A DNA stretch of 55,663 nt, the filler included, from Jimgerdemannia flammicorona (lineage: Eukaryota): NCBI GenBank assembly GCA_003990765.1. It is 3 parts of 3 records of this genome, joined end to end, with 100 filler letters (N's around TTAATTAATTAA, not from the genome) between each part and the next. Parts side by side here need not be neighbours in the genome. Positions count along the whole stretch, not along the records: positions 1 to 18,490 come from RBNJ01002200.1; 2 more parts are not named here. The stretch is one strand, 5' to 3'. A program made the position numbers and the translations under genes. This document shows, in pieces, positions 1 through 9,929 of this stretch. Below the pieces are notes generated by a model, which was not told the DNA's origin, ran no database searches, and saw only the letters and a program-made list of their open reading frames with translations. Position 1 is the first letter of the stretch; every line of letters begins with the position of its first letter.

Positions 1-1038
1 TTTTTGGAAGGCCTTTACTCATTCTTGCCATCATTCTCTCACCCTCCCTCACTCTTCATTTCTTATAGCTCATCTTCTACACTGTCCCATGCTCTCTACT
101 CGAGGTGTGTAGTGCATATTCTCTGTGCTTTTTTTTATTTTTGAGAGGCCTTTACTATCGCTCATTCTCTCATTCTCTCACTCTTTATTTCTCACAACTT
201 GGCTTTTGCATGCCTTGCTGCCTGAAAAAGTTGCACCCTTCTGACATGCTTATTTTTGATATGTTATATTTATTCTTGATATCAGCTTCCTATGATAAAG
301 ATGCTTGCTACAAAGATACTCACTTGTCTGCATGGATAATTTGAAGACTGTTTGGAGGGTGTCCTCTGATCTGTGCTAAAAATGTCCTCTCTCTTTCTTG
401 AGGAGGACCTCTTGCAGTCTGTGTTTCTTATCCAGAAGGCCAGATGAGGCAGAAGGCCAATTGAGGGGGTATCCCATGATTTGTGCTAGTGATGTCCTTT
501 CTCTTTGGAGGAGGACCTCTTCCAGCTGGCTTTCCATATCTTTAGAGGACTCTGTATCTCAAGAAGATTGGAGGAGATCAATCAGAGAGGTGTTCTCTGA
601 TTTATGCTGGCTATGTCCTCTCTCCTTGGAGGAGGACCTCTTTCAGCTAGTCTCCAGTATCTTTTTGTAGTGGGTGAGCAGGCTGGCCAGCTGCTGTTAT
701 AGCCCTGTGCCAGCTAGAGATCACAGGCAGACAGTCTTGGCCATCTTGCCATGAATAGAGGCTGAGATGTCCTCTTGTTTTGGCCATGAACTGGACTCCT
801 GTATCCTTGTACATATTTTTATTCTGCTACTGACAATCCACTCTTCTATACTATACCAGTTTCCTCTGGAATATTTTTGTGAAATGGAGGAAGATTTTGA
901 CTCTGTTGACATTGACTCAGATGAATTGCTGACTGCTTCGAGATAGAAGTTGGAGGCCACCTTGTTGACACCAGCTATTCTTCTATCAAGTAGAGTTATC
1001 CCAGGACTTGATTTTGGAAAACCTTTTGAATGTGACAT
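1..1038 (-). pseudogene. Decayed ORF of unknown function (S/K/R/E-rich, KRSSSKERGH-like repeats), divergent from the dioxygenase, cargo of the TIR element
   Basis: ORF 721-1038 continues in frame through TGA/TAA stops that revert to CGA/CAA (…ETS*KRSSSKERGHSQHK…), with later frameshifts. Confidence 0.35.
383..650. repeat. Three imperfect ~35-bp direct repeats spaced 110-121 bp
   Basis: TGTCCTYTCTCYTT(G/CTT)GAGGAGGACCTCTT(G/C/T)CAG at about 383, 493 and 614. Confidence 0.8.
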
Positions 1039-1281
1039 TTTGAAAAAGTTTTTGGGCTCACTAACTTATGTAATTGATACAAAATGAGGAATTGATGCAC
1101 TTCAGGAGACATTTAGAAGTCCTTATCATGAGGGATTGCCTGAATTATAGCATTTTCATTTTTCTGAGAGTCCTCCTTTGATGGGTTTGAAGATATATAA
1201 TCAAATTTTTCAATATCTTCCTGCTATTTGAGTAAGTTGCTTAGAATTCTGAGTATTTTTTTTTTTTTTTTTTTTTAAGAA

Positions 1282-2505
1282 ATGAATCTCACCAAACTTA
1301 GATTACTAAAAAAATTATTTTGCTTTTTAGAAGACAAAGAAGGATTGACACAAAGTATAATTAGTAGATTTTTTGGATCAGCAATGACAATATTGGGAAG
1401 ATCAACAAAACCTCAAGGCCAAATTTATCCAGACTCAATTCCATATTCCAAGTCTTCATGATTTGGAAATATTGAAAATTCTGAGGCTTGATCTTCCAGC
1501 AGAGCAGACAACAATACTTTATATGCAGAATTTGGAGGAAGTTAGATGTCAGTATTCTGTCAAGTCTTCAGAAAAAGGATATCAAAATTGATTTCGAACC
1601 ATGATATTTTTCAAGTCTTCCACCTTATCAGCTGGTATCCTAAATTCGCATTGCAATTATATTATTCTAGATGCTGATATAGAGGAAGTTGTTCTAGTAG
1701 TTTGGAGAGGAATGTTGGAAGATCAAGCAAGCCAAGTTTTGACAGATGTTTGTGAGGAGGCTTTCAAAGTTCAGAAAGCTGGATTGTGTGGCAAAGCTTA
1801 AGTAGGGACTGGATCATACATATCAGCTGGCTACACTTTGATCTATGTTGGTAGAATGCATTGTCATATTGTACCTCTCAACAATTTTAAACCACAAATT
1901 GGACAAGATAAATAAGAGGAACACAAAATAGCTGTTATGGATATGGCTTTACTTCTCTTTAACACTTCTTATCAGATGTAGTAGCAAATTCCCCTACTTC
2001 ACTCAATTTTTGAACAATTCAATGCTCCTTATTGTCTATCTCCTGAAGAATTTTTGGCATCCTTAGCATCTTTGGCATCCTCAACTTCAGTGTCATAATT
2101 CTTAACTTTGCTACCAGTATCTACTTTAGCTTTAAAATTACCTGGAATTGATAGAGGTCAGATGAATCAGAGTCAATCTAGGATACATTTTAGGGACAAT
2201 ATACAAGTTCTCCTACTCACACTGATCAAGAGATGATATCTGTTTTACTCTGCATTGTCAAACATAAAGAACAATATACTTCAAAATCTGGAGGCTTGTT
2301 CTATAATCTGGCTTATGCCATTGGAGTTCTGCTAGAGTCAAATATGATGATGGTATTTCACTCAAATCAACCATATGGTTCAATAGTTATTGGAGATGAA
2401 GAAGTTCTAAATAGCTTATCAATGAGTGTTTGTCATAGAACTTTGAAAGCTGTGAGCCATTATAACAAATTTTTTGGAAATTTGAGAGAGCAAAAAAATC
2501 TATAG
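1282..2505 (+). pseudogene. TET/JBP-like 2-oxoglutarate Fe(II) dioxygenase, decayed (start approximate)
   Basis: Reading through C-to-T stops gives NYIILDADIEEVVLVVWRGML…VGTGSYISAGYT…(frameshift)…SI(W)DTF(W)GQYTSSPT-HTD-QEMISVLLCIV…SGGLFYNLAYAIGVLLESNMMMVFHSNQP-(Y)GS. HxD is at 2218-2226, followed by a GG-x-F strand, and the distal His codon CAT is mutated to TAT at 2374. Confidence 0.6.
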
Positions 2506-2690
2506 ATATTTTGAATATTTGGTTATTGTTTTTTATATTGTATCTTAGTTTTAGAATATTTGATGGAAGTTTTGCTTTTTTCTTAGAAGTTCCATGAATA
2601 TGAAGAGTTTTTTTACTTCAAAGGAATTGTTCTTTTTGGTGAACTTCTTAATTTGCACTGGCTGGCTCCTAATATAGTTTATTATATAAA

Positions 2691-2870
2691 GAATTCAGGT
2701 CAACCTGAATTCATCACATGATAAATTCAAACTGATCCAAATTCATCACATGATAAATTCAAACTGGTTTGAATTCATCATAGGACAAATTTGAACTAAT
2801 TCAAATTTATTATGAGATGAATTCAAACTAACTCAAATCAGTCATGTGGTTTGCAAATTTGAATCAGGTT
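2691..2870. repeat. Subterminal array of 32-bp palindromic units (4 copies, 2707-2834, plus flanking palindromes)
   Basis: Unit GAATTCATCACATGATAAATTC-AAACTGRTYY. Reverting CpG decay gives GAATTCGTCACGTGACGAATTC-GAACCGGTTC, two perfect palindromes. Confidence 0.8.
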
Positions 2871-2899
2871 CAAATTTCCCTAGCTCAATCAGAGCACTA

Positions 2900-5800
2900 C
2901 CAGCAAGAGGAAAGAAGGTACCTTGTCTGAGATAGAGCACAAGTCCAATGTTTCACTCTGGATAGTTGAGACACTATGCCACTGAATGTGACAATAAAAG
3001 AAGTGACCAAAGGGACTCAGAACTACTAAACTGATGGAATGATACTCAGTACAAGAAGACTGAAGCCCATCCTGTTGAAGTTTTCGAGGAAGCAAACAAT
3101 AGTAAAGACTACAGTGACCTAGACTTGTACCCTACCAAGATTACCATCTGAAAAACAGTCTACCCAGTAGAGAAGAGGAAGAGACCTATTGGAAGGCCAT
3201 CTAGGAATATCAGTAGAAGAATCATCCAAGAATAAGACAAAGAGCATGAGGAGGAGCAGATAGAAACACCTTCCCAAACTCCCTCACCATTTGTCTCCAA
3301 AACAAATGAGCTGCTACCAGAAGATGAAGAAATAGAACAAAAAGAATGGGAACCTGCTGCTTCAAAGCCCAAGAAGAAGTATACCCCAAAGACCATATCT
3401 AGAGATATCTACAATGAAGCCTGGTAGAAGATTCAAGAGGCCAAAATGGAAGTTCCCCTCCTGCAGTTCCTACAACTGACACCAGCTGGAGTTCAAAACA
3501 AACTGCTGAAAACCACCAGATCCAGTACTGGCCAAGTTCCAATTCCACAGTAAGAACCAGTTTCCATCTCTATTCAAGCAGCTGAAAGTTATGTCAGCAC
3601 CTATCTATATAGAGATATTGAAGGACAAAAGGTGAAAATCCTCATAGATACAGAAGCAGCTGTCTGTGTCATTGCCAAATGATTCCTGGACACCATCCAA
3701 TGGCCCATTGATGGACCATCCAACCTCAGCATCATAGTAGCAGATGGAGCCCGAACTCAACCCCTTGGAGAAGTATGAAATATCACCATTTCCCTGAGAC
3801 ACATTCTGTTTTCTATTTCCAAAGCTATTGTTACTGAAGCTGTAACCTATGACATGATCCATAGCACCAACTAGATGAAGGAAATGAATACAGTTGTTGA
3901 TATCCGCCAACAAGTACTCAAGTTTGACTACTGAGGCAAGAAGTATAGAGTTAAGGTGACTAGCTATGAGTAATCAAAGAAGAAGAAGAAGGTCACCATC
4001 CAAGAAGAATATACCAGTAGTGAAGAATCTACAATAGAAGAAGAGGAAGAATCTGAAGATGGAAATGATCCCAGACTCAACCCCCAAATTAACCTGGTGG
4101 ATGACAGACCAGAAGACAATGTGTGGGCCAAGAACACTATCTCTATCACCATAGGAGCCATTGTAGGAGAAATCAAAGGATGCCCCACCTGCCTCAAGAG
4201 ATACAAGTACCCCAAGTACTCTTCCAAAATCATTGGAACAAGGAATTCGCCTAGTACAGTCTGCTCTGAGTGTAGAAAGAAGAAGAAGAAATGCAGACAT
4301 ATTCCAGAAACACCTAAAACCAAAGCTGCAGAAGTGCAAGCAATTTGGGGACAAGAATCATCTAAGGATGAAGAAGTTCCTGACCAAGAATTTCCCAAAG
4401 GAGAAGCACCTGAAGAAGAAGAGGTTTCTGAACTCATTCCCTGGGATGACTCTCACTGGACACCATCAGAAGATAATGACCCTTGGAATAAGGAAGAAGA
4501 ATCCAGCACAATCACCATTATCTCCAAGAAAGAAACTCACCAAGAAAAGGCCTTTTGGTTAAGAAGATGTCTCCACCAAATGGTCCTCTACTCTCCCCAA
4601 AACTACTTCTATCAGTGCTATCTATTAGACCAACAGGAGAGACAGAGACCCCAGAGACCAGAATCCCTGAACACAGTTGCACAGTCAACTACCTTCAAAG
4701 AAGTTACCATCAAGCTGCAAAGCCAATTCAGAAGACAAGGCCTCTTCACCCAGACAGAAGTCTACCCCCTGTCTACTCTTCCACCAACTTATGACCAAGA
4801 TGGATACTGATTCCCAAGACAACAACAAATCAATAACTGGGAACATCATTTCTGAACAATGTGATATTGTAACCATAGAAGACACCCAGACTGCCAAGAT
4901 TGCAGACACCAGAAGATTCACCTCAGTCATGATGTTGCAATCCATATCTTGAAGAGAGGAGATGACAGAAGCCAGGAAAAAGGATTCTCAAGATCTATGA
5001 TTTAGGAGAAGATATCCTAGCTCTCATTAGACATACAACCTGCCAAGGATGGGTAGGAGATGCCACCAACTTCATGGAAGCCCTAGACCCTACAGGAAGA
5101 AGAGAAATCAACTATCTCCAAGACCCCTCTACTGGAGCCAGATGGCCACACCTCAACCTCAGAGCCTGGAGGCTCTCTGCTAGTGAAGCCTCAGCCCAAG
5201 GAAAGGCCAAACTTAGCAAGGATGTTGCCCAGTATGCCCTGCTACACCCCAAGGCCAAACTTCTGACCAAAGTACACCCAGAAGATATGGGATATGATCT
5301 CCACAGTCTGGAGGATGAATCTATCAAGCCTGGAAAAACATTCATGATCAGAACCAGGCTAGCCATACAGCCACCCCAGGGAGCTTATATCTAACTAATC
5401 TCAAGGTCTGGACTTGCCAGACAAGGAATAACTGTAGAAGGAGGAACCATTGACTCAGGATATATAGGCGAAATCAAGGTTATCCTACACAACAGAGTGC
5501 AGAATAGCACTGAATCATTAGAGGACAGAAGATTGCCCAAGCAGTCTTCATGAAGGTAAGGACCCTGCAATTACAAGAAGTGTCTGAACTGACTGAAGGA
5601 ATAAGACAAGCCAAAGGATTTGGAAGTTCAGATAAGAAGGAAGTATATCTCCTTTAAGTCAACTACCTCAAGAGGAATGTTTCCCAGCAAGTATACTGCC
5701 AACCAGTCAAACTACACAAGAACCTCATCCTGGAGCCTGGAGAACAAACCACCTTTGAAATCTTTGCACCACCCAACTCCAGAAACATTTTCTTTGAACC

Positions 5801-7792
5801 CAAGGAAGATATCCTACACCTGGATATAGAAGGATATACATTCCCTGACAAAATGAATCCAGTACACTCCTGAGCAACCAACTAAAGTTGAGAAACTATC
5901 ATCTTGCTGAAAGGAACCAACATAGGACACCTGGTGCCTTTTCTCAGTCGAACTCATAGAGAAGTTTATGAACTAAACTTATTAGGAAACAGCAAAAGGT
6001 CCCAGAAGAAAGGAAAGTCCCCTCTGCGACCCAGGAGACAGTGAAGCCTTCCACCAGCTTTGGAGAAGAATTGACATCCCAAAAACAGCAACAACTAGTA
6101 GAACTTCTCAATAAATATCAAGATATCTTCACCACCAATTATGGCAACCTACCATATAATCCATCATATCACTACAGCATCAATACAGGAAATGCAACAC
6201 CCATCTGTCAGAAACTCTATAGAATACCTCATCACTTGAAAATATTTGAAAAGGAACATATTCAAGAACTCTTAGACAATGGAGTCATCCAACCCTTTAC
6301 CAGCCCCTGGGCCAGCCCTATACTTATTGTACCAAAGAAAGGAGGATGAAGACTCTGTATGGATTACAGGAAACTCAATTCAGTCACTGAAAAGAATGCC
6401 TATCCTTTGCTCAGAATTGATGACCTTTTGGATCAGTTACAAGATACCAGATACTTCAGCAGTATAGACCTCTTTGCAGGATTCTACAAGATCCCCAGAG
6501 ACTCCAAGGACATTCAAAAGACAGCCTTCCTTGTTCTAGGAAAACTGTTTGAATACCTCCAAATGTCCTTTGGACTTTGCAAAGCACCCCCCACCTTTCA
6601 GAGGATGATGAATTCAGTCTATACCCCCTTGATCCACCACTGCCTGATTGTATATATGGACGATTCCAACATCTATTCAGTAAATTTTAAAGAACACCTA
6701 TACTACCTAGAGGAATTCTTCAATCTCACCCACAAGAACTACTTGAGACTGAAGGCAAAGAAATGTTACTTTGGAAAACAGAAACTCAAATTCCTTGGAT
6801 TCATAGTTTTGAAGGAAAGAACCCATACAGACCCAAAGAAAACTGAAAAGATCAACAATTGGCCAGCACTCAAGACTCTGAAGGAAACATTATCATTTCT
6901 GATGCTGGTATCCTACTATTGAAGATTTATCAAGGATTTCACCCAAATTGCTGCCCTAATCTGAATCCTTCTCAAGAAAGAAGTTCTATTCAAATAGACA
7001 GAATCATAAGAAAAAGTCTTCAAAGAACTCAAGAATTGCATAACTACAGTACCAATTCTTGTGCACTCCAATCTACAGAAGTTATTTATCTTGTACACAG
7101 ATACTTCCAAAGATGGTCTTGGAGAAGTTCTAGCCCAAGAAGAATATGACCAACAATACCATATGATAGCTTATGCAAGCTGAGCCACCAATCAGCAGCA
7201 GATGAACTATGGTAGCACCAAACTAGAATGCCTTGTAGTCATATGGGCAGTCACCCTCTTCAAGCATTCTCATCGGAAAAAGGTTCACTCTGATGACAGA
7301 CCATGTAGCTCTCAAATGACTATTCAACTGCCAGGAATCCACTGGAATTCTAGCCCACTGGATCCTTATCCTTCAGGATTACAAAATCACCATCATCCAC
7401 AAGGCAGGGAAAGCCTACAACAATGTTGATGTGCTTTCCCACCAGTTCCAATGAACCAGAAGAAGGGTGTCCTAAGGAACTACACCCTAAAGGAAGCTCC
7501 TCAGACCATCAAGGCACAAGAAGATCTTATCTGAAAAGAACATCAGAAAGCCCACCAAGGACAGGCAAATATAGAAGAGAAGCTGTAAACAATATATCAA
7601 CATTGGCCCAACCTCAGAACTCAAGTTCAAGATATACTTAAGAAATGTGACACCTGCCAGAAGTACCAAGAAAGGAAGAATTACCAAGCACTATTGCAAT
7701 CAATCATACTATCAGATAACATCTTTCAGAGATAGAGAATAGATGTAATTGGACCTCTACCAGTTACACCAAGAAGAAACAAATATATTCTT
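2900..7792 (+). mobile_element. Ty3/Gypsy family A copy 1 (internal fragment: gag end-PR-Zn modules-dUTPase-RT-RNaseH-IN start), decayed
   Basis: Broken CCHC at about 2948-2990, ILIDT(E)AA protease at about 3640, [24 protein letters not shown] at about 6652, LYTDTSKDGLG RNase H, IN Zn region and DVIGPLP. Cut on the left by the TIR element and on the right by a LINE. Confidence 0.95.
5237..5633 (+). pseudogene. dut: dUTPase domain of family A polyprotein (between PR and RT)
   Basis: GYDLHS, SRSGLARQGITVEGGTIDSGYIGEIKVILHN, IAQAVF, RQAKGFGSS = dUTPase motifs 1-5. Confidence 0.93.
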
Positions 7793-7878
7793 TGCAGGTT
7801 CTTTCTCAGCTAACATTCACATTACACACACTTTACAATACACTCTCAAGTCGTTTATTGGAGAAAGGTGATAAGGAA

Positions 7879-9897
7879 ATGGCAAACAACAAGCATTCTG
7901 GGGTACATACTGGGTAGGGCAGCCCTAGCATGTTTGACTGGCAGCAGGTGGGGAGAGGTCCTGGCCTGGGAGGTGGTATGAGAGGACTGTTGGCAGGAGG
8001 ACAAGGAGGAGGTGGAGGCAGCAGTAGCAGACAGGGGTCTGGGAGGGTGAGCTTCGCAGAGATGGTGAAGGGGAGGCAGCAGATGATAGGGCTGGAGGGT
8101 TGGCTGAGCAAAGGCAAGGAGATGGAGATGATGACAGTTCACAGGTGAGTAGTACTTGGGGGTGGGGGCAGTGGAGCTGGGGGAGTAGTGGCTGGGGGGA
8201 GTGTGATGGCTGATGGTGATAGGACTGCCAATCTGGAAAAAAATCCAGATGTGATGGCTGATGACATGGCTGAACAACTGAGGCTTAGAAGGCAGGGAGA
8301 TTTGGCAGATGGTGTGATAGGTCTAGCAGTGGCACTATTACTCAAGAAATTGATCTCGGTATTCACAGTGACATTGTGCTTCCAGGGTCTGGTGGTGATG
8401 GTGAAAATAGTGCTGGGGCTTATAGCTAAGCAGGTGGCTGGAGCAGCATCTGTGAAGTTCCTGAAAGAATTAGAGAGAGTAGAGGTGGGGTTTGAGGAGG
8501 CTGAGCCCCTGGAGGAAGCGCTGAAGGTTGGATTGATTGTTGGAGAGGTGTGTGTCCCAATGGTGCGCTGTCTGAAGTGAGACCCCAGGGTGGTCCAACT
8601 GCTGGTGAAAGGAGTGCCTATGGTAATGGCAGTGGAGATGAGAAGGAGAGTCGAGGAGGTCATGGTGGAGTATAATGAGGTAGTGGATATTGGGTTCAGG
8701 GTCTGGGAAGGGACCTCACTCAGGACTGGAGATATGGATGTGTGGATGGCAGAGAAAGAAGCTATAGGGAAGACAAGAGACTGGCCTTCAGTGATGGTCT
8801 GGGGGGCAATCTTGTGTAAGGTGACAAGGGTGAAGAGAAGTGAGGAGGATGAAGAAGACTTGCTGGCAGCACTGGAAGAGCTGAGTGGAGTGGTGGAGCA
8901 GCAGGCAAAGACTTGGAGGACTTTTGAGAAGTTGACACACTTGGAGGTAGTGGATGGGAAGAGGATCAGAGTGGACAAGGGGCAATGGGAAAAAGCTCAG
9001 GGCCATAAACATCAGAAAGAGTTACTGGCTAAGATGGAAAGTCGACTGCTGAAGGAGGCAGGTGGAATGGTGGAACCAGGGGGTGCCAAGGCAAGTGTCT
9101 GGGCCGGCAAGAAGGGTGGGAGTGCAGGGAAAGGAACAGAGGAGGACAGGAAAGCAGCTGGTGGCAACCTGTATACTGATGGTATGTTTGAGGTCTGGGA
9201 GGAGGACTGGGAGGGATTGCCTACCCCTACTCCTCTCATCAGACAAGGCCCAGCTTACTGGAGTAGGGCAGGAGAGGATGTGCCAATAAAGGGGGCCCAG
9301 CAAGTGCAATTTGGTATGTCTGAGGTAGAAAATGGAGGACAGGTGGTGGTGATTAGAGAGGAGGAATTGGTGGATGTCCTGGAGGAGTGGGATGAGGCTG
9401 TGAGTACTGGGGCTGATACCATGATGTTGGATGGTGGAAGACTGGTGACCCCAGGAGGGAAGGAGATAGGAAATCTACTTTGGATGTGCAGGATGATGAA
9501 TAACCTGGTGGCTGAAGAGCTTGGAGAGGTGGACTTGAGGGTAATGAGTGATGAGCATTGGGCATGGATATTGCAGGGAGATGGTGTGGAGTTGGCATTG
9601 AAGGCAGAGATCCTTGCAGTGTATCTGAAGGAAGAAGGGTATGAGGTGGATAAGGAGCAGGAGGCTGAACTTGCAGGGGTTGCTGGGGAGAGGGCCAAGT
9701 ACTGTTGGGCCAAGCAACATGGGCTGTAGCTCTGGCAGGAGGCCTGCCTGGAGTACCAAGAGGAGTTTGAGGAGAAGGCAGATGGAGAGATGAATGAGCT
9801 GTTGGCTGGATTGGAGGCTCAGAGGGCTGAAGAGGAGACAGTGACTGCAGAATATAATCTGGACATGGCACAGGAAGAGATGAACTTGGAACAGTAG
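7879..9897 (+). pseudogene. LINE ORF1 (673 codons, Gly-rich N-terminus, RRM-like core, acidic coiled-coil)
   Basis: Single frame from ATG 7879 to TAG 9897 with 4 internal C-to-T-type stops. Collinear with ORF1 of copy 2. Confidence 0.75.
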
Positions 9898-9929
9898 AGA
9901 TGGCCTGGATAAACTCACCATACTTAAAT

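Larger units (their letters stand above)
1..2899. mobile_element. Right-hand part of a TIR DNA transposon (hAT-like terminus) inserted into Gypsy family A gag; left end outside window
   Basis: Ends CTCAATCAGAGCACTA (2884-2899), which is the reverse complement of TAGTGCTCCGAACGAG at 55529 with 13/16 identity (2 of 3 mismatches are CpG decay). Palindromic subterminal array at 2691-2870. Family A gag resumes at 2900 (matches the A copy near 33950). No transposase is visible in the window. Confidence 0.7.

Noticed and set aside
2707..2834. CRISPR-like palindromic repeats
   Set aside because: The 10-bp intervals are copies of one another rather than unique spacers, there are no cas genes, and the array is subterminal to a TIR in eukaryotic DNA.
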